The position numbers were made by a program, and so were the translations under genes. Positions 1 through 8,995 of a DNA stretch of 64,000 nucleotides are shown one piece after another. The first letter of the stretch is position 1; every line of letters starts with the position of its first letter. The stretch comes from Planctomycetota bacterium (GTDB lineage Bacteria; Planctomycetota; UBA1135; UBA2386), in the NCBI GenBank assembly GCA_016793265.1, contig JAEUHT010000166.1, forward strand, positions 7,699 through 71,698, given 5' to 3'. Under the pieces are notes generated by a model. That model was not told where the DNA came from, searched no databases, and saw only the letters and a list, made by a program, of their open reading frames with translations.

Positions 1-92
1 CCGCAGCGCGGGCAGTTGACGAGGCCGCCGACCTGGTCGGCGCGCGGCTCGAACGAGTCGCCGCAGTGCGGGCAGTTCGCCGGTTCGTGCAT
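1..92 (-). CDS. N-terminal fragment of a zinc-ribbon protein (gene continues past the left edge)
   Basis: Minus-strand ATG at 92-90, then MHEPANCPHCGDSFEPRADQVGGLVNCPRCG with two CxxC pairs. Too short to appear in the ORF track. Confidence 0.4.
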   Translation of the reverse strand, partial: MHEPANCPHCGDSFEPRADQVGGLVNCPRC

Positions 93-111
93 GCGCTGCC
101 GCCGGTGGCCG

Positions 112-684
112 TCAGTTGCTCTGCCGGCCTTCGACCGCCGCCAGCAGCGTCGCCGCCGCGAACACGAGGCGGCGGTCGATGTCGAGCTGCGCCGGCACGT
201 TCACGTCGAGGCTGTAGACGAACGGGTTGAAGCGCTGCTTGAAGATCACGTCGGCGCCGCCGGGCGTCTTCAGGTGGAACGTCTGCGGGATCAGGTTGGT
301 CAGGAAGCGCCGCAGCAGCGCCATGCCGGCGCCGTCCTCCTGCAGCTTGCCGATCGGCTTGTCGTCGGCGTCGAGCAGCTCCCAACTGTCGCGGAACATC
401 GACTTGAGCCCCTGGCGGCGCAGCGCGCCGACCTTGACCTTCTCGGCGCTGTCGATGACGTCGTAGCAGGCCGAGAAGTCGATGACCTGGCGGGCCTGGA
501 TCCACAACAGCTCCTGCTGCATCGACTCGTCGGTGAACAGCCGGATGTCCTCACGCAGCTTGAACGCCTTCTGGCTGCAGAACGCGACCACGCGCTCGCC
601 GTCGTAGACGTGGAAGCTGGCGCCGAACAGCTTGAGCACCTTGCGGCGCAGGCGATAGGTGGGCAGGTCCCAGGGTTGTGGCAT
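112..684 (-). CDS. Scramblase / LURP-one-related (tubby C-terminal-like) family protein
   Basis: Internal ATG at 684 of track ORF 112..1419 (MPQPWDLPTYRLRRKVLKLFGASFHVYDGE...). The upstream 245 codons are Arg/Pro shadow sequence. The repeated beta-strand pattern is typical of bacterial scramblase/LOR-like proteins. Confidence 0.6.
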   Translation of the reverse strand: MPQPWDLPTYRLRRKVLKLFGASFHVYDGERVVAFCSQKAFKLREDIRLFTDESMQQELLWIQARQVIDFSACYDVIDSAEKVKVGALRRQGLKSMFRDSWELLDADDKPIGKLQEDGAGMALLRRFLTNLIPQTFHLKTPGGADVIFKQRFNPFVYSLDVNVPAQLDIDRRLVFAAATLLAAVEGRQSN

Positions 685-797
685 CGGATCTCCGTCGTCG
701 GTTGCCGCCGTGGTGGCGGGGCGGGTATGCAAGCGGGTCGGCGGTCGCTTGCCAACCACCAGATCGAGGTGGGGGGCGGCCCGGCCACCTGCCGGAG

Positions 798-1385
798 TCA
801 GCCGTCGACGCGCGCCGGCAGGCGCCGCAGGTGGCCGAGGTCCTCGCCGCGCAGCCCGACCTTGGCCACGAACACACGTTCGTCGCGGTCGCGCACCACC
901 AACAGCCAGTGTGTCTCGCGGTCGCCGTCGCTGACGATGCGCGCTTCGTCGACGATCGGGCCGAGCGGCAACGCGGTGGCCAGCACGGCCGGCGGCACCT
1001 CGGCGAGCGGCACGGTGTGGTCGCGTTCGAGCACGCGGCCGTCGGCGGCGATCAGCAGCGAACGTACGTGGTCGGCGCGACCTTCGTGGTAACGCTTCTC
1101 GATGCGCCAGCCGGTGCCGGCGGGGCCCCATTCGCGGCCTTCGAACAGCGTCTCGCCGTCGGGGGCGACGGCGCGCAGCGTCGTGCGCACGGCCAGCGGC
1201 ATGCTGCCGGGGCCGCCGGTCGGCACCACCACGCCGGCGAGGTGGCCGTCGGCGAGCCAGAGCCGCGCGGTGGCGTGGGCGGGGGCTTCGGCCCAGAGGC
1301 GGCGCCACTCGGCATCGGTGGGCGTGGCGCATGCCGCGAGGGCAAGGGGCAGCCAGGCGGGCAACAGGCGGGCCAGGGCGGACAT
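798..1385 (-). CDS. Lipoprotein, unknown function
   Basis: ATG at 1385 gives MSALARLLPAWLPLALAACATP, a signal peptide with lipobox LAAC. Codons are GC3-rich. No family recognised. Confidence 0.6.
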   Translation of the reverse strand: MSALARLLPAWLPLALAACATPTDAEWRRLWAEAPAHATARLWLADGHLAGVVVPTGGPGSMPLAVRTTLRAVAPDGETLFEGREWGPAGTGWRIEKRYHEGRADHVRSLLIAADGRVLERDHTVPLAEVPPAVLATALPLGPIVDEARIVSDGDRETHWLLVVRDRDERVFVAKVGLRGEDLGHLRRLPARVDG

Positions 1386-1482
1386 GGCGGAACTGTGGCG
1401 TGTGCGGCCTGCCGCGCAAGGCGCAAGATGCGCCTCGGTCCTTGATCCGCCCCGCCGGCCAAAGAGACTGCCTGCCTCAGCC

Positions 1483-2106
1483 ATGATCCAGCAATCGTTC
1501 GAACAGATCGTCGAGTCCCTCGGCGCCAAGACCGCGACGCCCGGTGGTGGTGCGGCCGCGGCGATGGCGGGCGCCATGGGCGCTTCGCTCTTCCTGATGG
1601 TGGTGCGCTTCTCGCGCGGCAAGAAGGCGAACCTCGATCGCGACGGGGACCTCGCCAGCTGCGAGGCGACCCTGGCCGACTCGGTGAAGCGGCTGCTGCC
1701 GATGGCCGAGCGCGACTGCCGGTCCTTCGACCTCGTCAGCGCGGCCTACGGCATGGCCAAGGACACCGACGAGCAGAAGAAGCTGCGCGAGAAGGCCATC
1801 CAGGAGGCCATGGTCGGCGCGATGGTGGTGCCCGAGGAGACCCTCTGCATGGTGCGCGACGTGATCGCGGCGATGAAGCCGGTGATCGGCTGCGTCGGCA
1901 AGGCGATCGTCAGCGACCTCGCGTCGGGCGCGTCGCTGCTGCTGGCCTCGGCCGAGGGTGCGTTCCTCAACGTGCGCATCAACGCCAACTTCCTGACCAA
2001 CCGCGAGCTCGCCGACAGCACCATGGTGCGCGCCGGCGCGGTGCTCGCCGAGATCCGCCGCGAACACGAGGCCATCGTCGTCGCCGTCGACAAGCTGCTC
2101 GCATGA
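1483..2106 (+). CDS. Cyclodeaminase/cyclohydrolase family protein (FTCD C-terminal-like; methenyl-THF cyclohydrolase / formimidoyl-THF cyclodeaminase)
   Basis: MIQQSFEQIVESLGAKTATPGGGAAAAMAGAMGASLFLMV carries the PGGG motif of the FTCD_C fold. The stop overlaps the gpmI start (ATGA at 2103-2106). Confidence 0.85.
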   Translation: MIQQSFEQIVESLGAKTATPGGGAAAAMAGAMGASLFLMVVRFSRGKKANLDRDGDLASCEATLADSVKRLLPMAERDCRSFDLVSAAYGMAKDTDEQKKLREKAIQEAMVGAMVVPEETLCMVRDVIAAMKPVIGCVGKAIVSDLASGASLLLASAEGAFLNVRINANFLTNRELADSTMVRAGAVLAEIRREHEAIVVAVDKLLA

Positions 2107-3647
2107 CGAACCAGCGCACCCCGCTCCTGCTCTGCATCCTCGACGGCTTCGGCGAGGCGCCGCGCGGCCCCGGCAACGCCGTCGGCCTGGCGGAGCCACG
2201 CTGCTGGGACGAGCTGCGCCAGCGCTGGCCGACGACGCTGCTCGAGGCGAGCGGCGAGGACGTCGGCCTGCCGTGCGGCCTGATGGGCAACTCCGAGGTC
2301 GGTCACCTCAACATCGGCGCCGGTCGCGTCGTCTATCAGGAGATCACCCGCATCGACCGCGAGATCCGCGAAGGGCGCTTCGCCGGCAACCCGGCGCTGC
2401 GTTCGGCGATCGAGCACGCGGTCGAGGGCGGCGGCGTGCTGCACCTGTTCGGCCTCGTCTCCGACGGCGGCGTGCACAGCAGCGACCAGCACCTGCGGGC
2501 CCTGCTGCAGATGGCCAAGGCGGGCGGCCTCGGCGGCGAACGGGTCGTGCTGCACGCGTTCCTCGACGGCCGCGACACGCCGCCGCGCTCGGCGCAGCCG
2601 TTCGTGGCCAGGGTCGAGGGCTGGATGCAGGAGCTCGGCACCGGCCGCATCGGCACCGTCATCGGCCGCTACTACGCGATGGACCGCGACAAGCGCTGGG
2701 AGCGCGTGCAGAAGGCCTACGACGCGCTGACGCTCGGCCGGGGCCACCAGGCGGCGACGGCGCAGGAGGCGATCCGGATCGCCTACGAACGCGGCGAGAA
2801 CGACGAGTTCGTGCTGCCGACGGTGGTCGGTTCGCCGGACCGTGGCCGCGTGCGCACTGGCGACGCGGTGATCTTCTTCAACTTCCGCACCGATCGCGCC
2901 CGCCAGCTCACCGACGCCCTCGTCGGCAAGGACTTCGCCGGCTTCCCGCGCGCGACGGTGCCGATCGTGCACTTCGTGACGATGACGCGGTATCGCGAGG
3001 ACCTGCCGTGCAGGGTGGCCTATCCGCCGCAGAACCTCGATGGCACGCTGCCGCAGGTGATCAGCAAGGCGGGCTGGTCGCAGCTGCGCATCGCCGAGAC
3101 CGAGAAGTACGCGCACGTGACGTTCTTCTTCAGCGGCGGCGACGAGAAGGAGCTGCCCGGCGAACGGCGGCTCCTGCTGCCGAGCCCGAAGGTCGCCACC
3201 TATGACATGCAGCCGGAGATGTCGGCGATCCCGGTGACCGACGCGCTGCTGGCGGAGCTGGCGTCGGACCGCTGCCCGGACGTCACCGTGCTCAACTTCG
3301 CCAACGCCGACATGGTCGGCCACACCGGCCTGATCCCGGCGGCCGTCAAGGCCGTGCAGACGATCGACGGCTGCCTCGCGCGCATCGTGCCCGAGTACCT
3401 GAAGCGCGGCGGCACGGTGGCGATCACCGCCGATCACGGCAACGTCGAGATGATGATCGACCCGGCGACCGGGCAGCCGCACACCGCGCACACCACCAAC
3501 CCGGTGCCGCTGGTGATCTGCGGCGACGCGGTCAAGAACCGACGGCTCAGGCCGCACGGCCGGTTGTGCGACATCGCCACCACGCTGCTGCCGCTGCTCG
3601 ACCTGCCGCGCACGCAGGGCATGGACGGCGTGGACCTGTTCGCATGA
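2103..3647 (+). CDS. gpmI: 2,3-bisphosphoglycerate-independent phosphoglycerate mutase
   Basis: 514 aa. Motifs LCILDGFG, GNSEVGHLNIGAGR, NFANADMVGHTG and ITADHGN. Confidence 0.95.
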   Translation: MTNQRTPLLLCILDGFGEAPRGPGNAVGLAEPRCWDELRQRWPTTLLEASGEDVGLPCGLMGNSEVGHLNIGAGRVVYQEITRIDREIREGRFAGNPALRSAIEHAVEGGGVLHLFGLVSDGGVHSSDQHLRALLQMAKAGGLGGERVVLHAFLDGRDTPPRSAQPFVARVEGWMQELGTGRIGTVIGRYYAMDRDKRWERVQKAYDALTLGRGHQAATAQEAIRIAYERGENDEFVLPTVVGSPDRGRVRTGDAVIFFNFRTDRARQLTDALVGKDFAGFPRATVPIVHFVTMTRYREDLPCRVAYPPQNLDGTLPQVISKAGWSQLRIAETEKYAHVTFFFSGGDEKELPGERRLLLPSPKVATYDMQPEMSAIPVTDALLAELASDRCPDVTVLNFANADMVGHTGLIPAAVKAVQTIDGCLARIVPEYLKRGGTVAITADHGNVEMMIDPATGQPHTAHTTNPVPLVICGDAVKNRRLRPHGRLCDIATTLLPLLDLPRTQGMDGVDLFA

Positions 3648-5062
3648 GCCGCCGGGCGTCGGCGATCGGGTGGGTGCTGGTGGCGGCGGGGTCGCCGCTG
3701 CTGGCGCAGCAAGCGGCGCCGGCGGCGCCGGCGATCGACAACAAGGTCGCGGCGGCGTTGGCGCGCATCGATCCGGCGCGCATCGCGTCCACGATCCGCA
3801 CCTTGTGCGGCTTCGGCACCCGCCACGTGCTGTCGCGCACCGACAGCGACACCGAGGGCACCGGTGCGGCGCGCCAGTGGCTGCGCGCGCAGTTCGAGGC
3901 GATCGTAGCGAGCTCGAGCGGTCGGCTGACGGTCGAGCTGCAGGCGGCGACGATGCCGTGCGTGCGCGCCGGCATGCCGCGTGAGGTGCCGATCGTGAAC
4001 GTCATCGCCACGCTGCGCGGCGTCGGCGATGCCGGCCGCGTCTACGTCGTCGGCGGCCACTACGACTCGCGCAACAGCACCGGCGAGGACGGCAAGGGCG
4101 CGGCGCCGGGCGCCGACGACGACGCCTCCGGCACCGCGGTGGCGCTCGAGGCCTGCCGGGCGCTGGCGCCGCTCGAGTTCGCGGCCACGCTCGTCTTCGT
4201 CGCCTACGATGGCGAGGAGCAGGGGCTGCTCGGTTCGCAGGCGCACGCCAGGGCGCTGGCCGCGGCCGGGGCGCGCGTCGACGGCATGATCGCCTGCGAC
4301 ATCGTCGGCAATACGCTCGGCATGGACGGGGTGCGCTACGACGGCTGCTTGCGCTGCTTCAGCTACGCCGCCACCGGCAACGACAGCTTCGGCCGCAGCC
4401 TCGCCCGGGCCGCCGGCTACGCGGCGCGGCGCCATGTCGCCGGCTTCGAGGTCAAGCTGATCCAGCGTGGCGACCGCTACGGCCGCGGCGGCGACCACCG
4501 GTCGTTCTTCGACGAGGGCTTCCCGGCGGTGCGCTTCAGCGAGCCGCGCGAGGACTTCTCGCGCCAGCACCAGGACCTCACCGAGCGTGGTGGCGCGCCC
4601 TACGGCGACCTGCCCGAGTTCGTGGATGCGGCCTACACCGCCAAGGTCGCGCGCGTCGTCGTCGCCACGCTGGCCGAACTGGCCTCGGCGCCGCCGCCGC
4701 CGCGCGTGATCAACGCGCGGCTGTGCCGCGATCGTTACGACACCGAGCTCGTCTACGAACTGCCCGCCGGCGCCGCCGGCCATGAGTTCGTCTGGCGCGA
4801 GACCACGGCGCCCGATTGGACCCACGTGGTCGAGGCCGGCGCGGCGGCGCCGCGGCCCACCCGCAGCGATCGGCTGCTGGCGACCCTCGGCGGCGTCTGC
4901 CTCGACGACGTCGTCGTCGGCGTGCGCTGCATCGGCGCCGACGGCAGCCGCAGCCGCGTCGCCACCCCGCCCGAGCCCGACCGCTTCGCGCAGCGACCGC
5001 GCGGCGAGGCGGCGCCTGCACCCGAGACCCCACCCGCACCCGAACCAGGAACCGGCAAGTGA
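3644..5062 (+). CDS. Secreted M28-family metallopeptidase (aminopeptidase-like)
   Basis: ATG at 3644 overlaps the gpmI stop. Signal peptide MSRRASAIGWVLVAAGSPLLAQQ. Zn-ligand context VVGGHYDS, GADDDASGTA and AYDGEEQGLLGS. Confidence 0.85.
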   Translation: MSRRASAIGWVLVAAGSPLLAQQAAPAAPAIDNKVAAALARIDPARIASTIRTLCGFGTRHVLSRTDSDTEGTGAARQWLRAQFEAIVASSSGRLTVELQAATMPCVRAGMPREVPIVNVIATLRGVGDAGRVYVVGGHYDSRNSTGEDGKGAAPGADDDASGTAVALEACRALAPLEFAATLVFVAYDGEEQGLLGSQAHARALAAAGARVDGMIACDIVGNTLGMDGVRYDGCLRCFSYAATGNDSFGRSLARAAGYAARRHVAGFEVKLIQRGDRYGRGGDHRSFFDEGFPAVRFSEPREDFSRQHQDLTERGGAPYGDLPEFVDAAYTAKVARVVVATLAELASAPPPPRVINARLCRDRYDTELVYELPAGAAGHEFVWRETTAPDWTHVVEAGAAAPRPTRSDRLLATLGGVCLDDVVVGVRCIGADGSRSRVATPPEPDRFAQRPRGEAAPAPETPPAPEPGTGK

Positions 5063-7707
5063 AGCGTTCCGCGAGGCACACCGTTCTTCTCGCTGCGGCG
5101 GCGTTGGCCGGCTGCACGGGCTCGGGCACCGACATCGGGCCGCGCCTCGACGTGATCCCGGACACCAGCAGCAAGGTCGTCGTGCTCGACGACCAGGGCC
5201 GCGGCGTCGTTGCCGCCGTCGCCACCATCGGCGAGGCGCGCGCGGTGACCGGCCGCAACGGCCGCGGCGACTTCCTCGCCCATCCGCGCGGTCGGCTGCT
5301 GCTGACCGTCGATGGGGGCGCCGCCGCGGCGACCGCCGGCGACCATCTGGCCCGCATCACCTTCGCGACGACGATCACCGCGGACGTGCCGAGCCCGGTG
5401 TGGCTGCCGGACCTGCCCGGCAGCGCGTCGGCGACGCTCACCCTCGGCACGCAGACGGGCAGCGTCGACGTGGTCGGCGTCGCCGGCAGCAGGCTCGGCA
5501 TCAACACCGGCAGCAGTGTCGGCTGGGTTGGTGGCGCCACGACCGTGCAGGTCCGCCTCGGCGAGCTGTCGCCGCAACACCTGCCGGGCGACTTGCCGAC
5601 GCCCGCCAGCGGCGCGTTCTTGTGCAGCAAGGTCGTCTGCATCGACCCGGTCGACGTCACCTTCGCGGCGGCGGCGGACCTCGAGGTCGCCGACGAGCTC
5701 GGCCTCGGCAGCGGCGGCGCGGTGCTGTTCCACCTCGACGCCACCACGGGCGAATGGCAGGCCGTGCCGGTGACGGCGACGGCGGCCGGCGGCCGCATCA
5801 CCGCGAGCGGCGGCGTCGCCAGCGGCGGCTGCTACGTCTTCGCCGCCGAGGTGCCGGCGGCCACGCTCAGCGGGCGCGTGCTCGACCTCGACGGTCGTGC
5901 GCTGCCCGACGTGATGGTGGCGGTCGACCAGCGGCGCACGGTCACCGGCGGCGACGGCCGCTTCACGATCGGCGCCGTGCCGGCTGTGCTGGTCGACGCG
6001 ACGCCGCGGCAGGCGGCGCTGGAGCTGTTCGCCGGCGGCTCGTGGTTGCCGGCGCGCGAAGCGACCACCGTGGCCGTGGCCGCGGGCAGCCAGGAGCTCG
6101 GCGACCTGACGCTCGACACGCTGCTCGCCGGCAACATCCGCGTGCAGCAGGTCGTGCGCGGCCGGGCCGATGCGCTGCGCCCGGCGCGGCTGAGTTCGAA
6201 CCGCGGCGGAGTCGCGCTGGCGGTGATGAGCGACGAACGTGGCCAGGCCTTCTTCGAGGACGTGCCGGCGGAGTACTTCGGCTTCACCCAGGGCCGTCCG
6301 ATCGACACGCGCGAGCTGTACTACGTGCAGTCGGTCGGTTACCTCGAGCGGGGCCGCCGCTGGCTCGACGCCTACCAGTTCGGCTACCAGCGCGACTTCT
6401 TCGTCGGCACCCGCAGCACGCGCACGCAGGTCGTCGACGCACTCGGCGGCGGGCCGCTGCAGGACGCCGACATCGTGCGCGGCAGCGTCGCGGACCAGGG
6501 CTACGTCGACTACACGCGCGAGATCGGCCAGCTGTTCGTGGTGCGCGACTTCTCCGGCCGGGCCACGGCCTCGCGGCGCTCGCAGCGCGACGGCCAGGTG
6601 CTGCTGCACGCGTTCTCGATCTACACGCCGAACGCCGACCACCTCGAACTGCCGCTGCAGCAGCTGCGGCCGACGCCGGTCGCCGCCTTCGACCGGCACG
6701 GCATCGTCGTCGGCGAACTGGGCGGCGCGGCCGGTGGCCAGCAGCACGCCCTGCGGACGACGCGGCGCCTGACCGCGGGCGAGTGGTGGGACGATCGGGT
6801 CGAAGGCCGCGCCCTGACCTCGGCGCTGCCGATCGACGTCGATCCGGCGATCACGCACGCGAACTTCCGCGCCGGTGTCGACGCCAACGGCGGCAACCTC
6901 GCCGCGATCGAGTTCGACCTCGTCGGTGGTGAGCGCCGGCTGCTCGCCGCCGGCGTGGTGGCCGATCTGGTGCCCGCCGCGGGTGCGGTGACGCGGCAGG
7001 ACCTCGACCTGGTCGCCGCCGACACCACGTTCACCGCGCCGGGCCTGCTCAGCGGCGCGGCGCCGTTGCTCGACGTCTCGCAGCTCACCTTCGACCTCGC
7101 GCTGCAGCAGCCGTCGGGGCTGGTCGTCGACGTCGGCCGCAACCTGCGCGGCAGCCTGGGCATCAGCGGCGACGACGTCACCTTCACGCTGCCGGCGCTG
7201 GGCGGCGCCATCGCCGACCACCGGTGGCTCGCGCTGGTGAACGGGCAGAGCCTCGACGGCGCCGACGAACTGTCCGTCGCCAGCCTGGTCACGCTGCCGG
7301 CCGCCAGCGTGCGCGCGCTGCCCGGCTTCCCGACCATCAGTTCGCCGACCAACGGCGCCACCGTGGCCGCGACCGGCTTCCATGTGCTCTATGCGCTGCC
7401 CGCCGGGGCCGTCTACGGCACGCTCGAGCTGCGCAGCACCGCCGGCGGTGAGACCCTGCTCTGGCAGGCGGTGGTGCCGCCCACGCTGCAGGACTTCGAG
7501 TTCGTGCACCTGCCCGTCGAGGCCGACACGCCGTTGGTCGCCGGCCGCACCTACACGCTGACCGTGACGGCGTGGTTCGGCGATGCCGGGCTCACGCAGT
7601 CGCCGGATCCGTACCGCGACATCACCACGTTCTGGCAGTCGATCGGCACCGTCGAGCGCGGCATCACCCAGCGCACGACGCGCACGATCCTCGTCACCAC
7701 CTCGTGA
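5059..7707 (+). CDS. Large lipoprotein (882 aa) with a carboxypeptidase-regulatory-like segment; function unknown
   Basis: GTG at 5059 overlaps the M28 stop (GTGA). VKRSARHTVLLAAAALAGCTG carries a lipobox. GRVLDLDGRALPDVMVAVDQRRTVTGGDGRFTI is a CarboxypepD_reg-type strand pattern. Confidence 0.7.
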   Translation: MKRSARHTVLLAAAALAGCTGSGTDIGPRLDVIPDTSSKVVVLDDQGRGVVAAVATIGEARAVTGRNGRGDFLAHPRGRLLLTVDGGAAAATAGDHLARITFATTITADVPSPVWLPDLPGSASATLTLGTQTGSVDVVGVAGSRLGINTGSSVGWVGGATTVQVRLGELSPQHLPGDLPTPASGAFLCSKVVCIDPVDVTFAAAADLEVADELGLGSGGAVLFHLDATTGEWQAVPVTATAAGGRITASGGVASGGCYVFAAEVPAATLSGRVLDLDGRALPDVMVAVDQRRTVTGGDGRFTIGAVPAVLVDATPRQAALELFAGGSWLPAREATTVAVAAGSQELGDLTLDTLLAGNIRVQQVVRGRADALRPARLSSNRGGVALAVMSDERGQAFFEDVPAEYFGFTQGRPIDTRELYYVQSVGYLERGRRWLDAYQFGYQRDFFVGTRSTRTQVVDALGGGPLQDADIVRGSVADQGYVDYTREIGQLFVVRDFSGRATASRRSQRDGQVLLHAFSIYTPNADHLELPLQQLRPTPVAAFDRHGIVVGELGGAAGGQQHALRTTRRLTAGEWWDDRVEGRALTSALPIDVDPAITHANFRAGVDANGGNLAAIEFDLVGGERRLLAAGVVADLVPAAGAVTRQDLDLVAADTTFTAPGLLSGAAPLLDVSQLTFDLALQQPSGLVVDVGRNLRGSLGISGDDVTFTLPALGGAIADHRWLALVNGQSLDGADELSVASLVTLPAASVRALPGFPTISSPTNGATVAATGFHVLYALPAGAVYGTLELRSTAGGETLLWQAVVPPTLQDFEFVHLPVEADTPLVAGRTYTLTVTAWFGDAGLTQSPDPYRDITTFWQSIGTVERGITQRTTRTILVTTS

Positions 7708-8975
7708 TGAAGGCGCGCGCCGCGGCCCTCTGGCTGTTGGCTGCCGCGTGCGCGGCGCCGCGGCCGGTGCTGCCCGTCGACGAGCAGTTGGCGCTGGTCG
7801 AGCTGGCGCTGCGCGAAGGCCGCCTCGAGGACGCCTCGACGCTGCTGCGGCAGGTGCGGCGTCGGGCACCGCGTGATGCGGCCGCCGCGGCCTGGAGCGC
7901 CACGCTGGCGGCGATGCTGTGGGACGACGACCTCGCCGTGCACGAGCAGCAGGTGGCGGTGCGCGAGGCGCGGGCGGCCGGTGCCGACGCCGGCGTCGTG
8001 GCCACGCTGCGTGGTCGGCTCGGCGACTACCTGTTCCAGGCCGGGCGCTGGTGGGAGTGTGCGGCGCCGCTGACCGAAGGTGCGGTCGAGGCGTCGGCGA
8101 CGCGGCGGCGCGCCTTCGCGGCGATCGCGGCGACGCTGCCGTTCCTGCGCAAGCTGGCCGGGCCGCTGTTGACCGAGCAGGCGCTGCTGCCCGGCGACGC
8201 ACCGGAGATGGTCTGCGGCGTGGCCGACCGGCAACGCCCGTTCGCGATCGACACCGGTACCTCGATGACGACGGTGGCGCGGGCGTTCGCCGAGGAGCTC
8301 GGGGTGGTGGGGCTGCAACCCGCTGGTGATGCCATCGACGGCAGCGGCCGGCAGCTGGTGGTGGCGGTCGGCGTGTTGCCGCAGTTCGTGATCGGCGACA
8401 TCGAGGTCGGCGCCACGCCGGTGCTCGTCGTCGACGATGCGGCCCTGAGCCTGCGCGACCTGCACGGCGGGCCCGAGCGTGTGCCGCGCGGGGTGCTCGG
8501 GCTCGATCTCGTCGCCGCCTGCCGCCTGACGCTCGATCCCGAGCGCCGCAGCGTCGTGCTCGAACTGCCGCGCGGCCTGCCGGACGCGGGGTCGGTGCAG
8601 TGTGTGCGCGCCGAGGGGCGCTGCCTCGTGCCCGTGCTCGTCGAGGGGGTGCGTTTGTGGTTCGTGCTCGACAGCGGGGCCAGCCACTCGAGCTTGACCA
8701 CGGCCGGCCTGTGCCGGCTGCCTGGCGGCGAACGGCGCGCGGTGCCGACCTTCCGCCGCGTGCGGGGCGTCGGCGGCAGTTCGCTCGCGGTGCGTGAAGT
8801 GCGCGACCTGGTGTTGCAGTGCTCGGAGGCGCGCTTCGAGTCGGTGTCGCTGCCGATCGTCGAACGCGGCGGTGCCGGCCGGTTCCCTGTGCACGGGGTG
8901 CTCGGCCGCGACGTGCTCGGCCAGTGCCGCGTGACGCTGGATCGTGGGCGTCTGCGGTTGACGACGCTGTCGTGA
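7707..8975 (+). CDS. Lipoprotein with two retropepsin-like aspartic protease domains in one chain
   Basis: ATG at 7707 shares its A with the preceding TGA stop at 7705-7707. MKARAAALWLLAAACAAP carries a lipobox. Two active-site-like motifs, FAIDTGTSMTTV and FVLDSGASHSSL, are about 130 aa apart. Confidence 0.75.
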   Translation: MKARAAALWLLAAACAAPRPVLPVDEQLALVELALREGRLEDASTLLRQVRRRAPRDAAAAAWSATLAAMLWDDDLAVHEQQVAVREARAAGADAGVVATLRGRLGDYLFQAGRWWECAAPLTEGAVEASATRRRAFAAIAATLPFLRKLAGPLLTEQALLPGDAPEMVCGVADRQRPFAIDTGTSMTTVARAFAEELGVVGLQPAGDAIDGSGRQLVVAVGVLPQFVIGDIEVGATPVLVVDDAALSLRDLHGGPERVPRGVLGLDLVAACRLTLDPERRSVVLELPRGLPDAGSVQCVRAEGRCLVPVLVEGVRLWFVLDSGASHSSLTTAGLCRLPGGERRAVPTFRRVRGVGGSSLAVREVRDLVLQCSEARFESVSLPIVERGGAGRFPVHGVLGRDVLGQCRVTLDRGRLRLTTLS

Positions 8976-8995
8976 ACGGCTCCGCTAGCCGCTGC

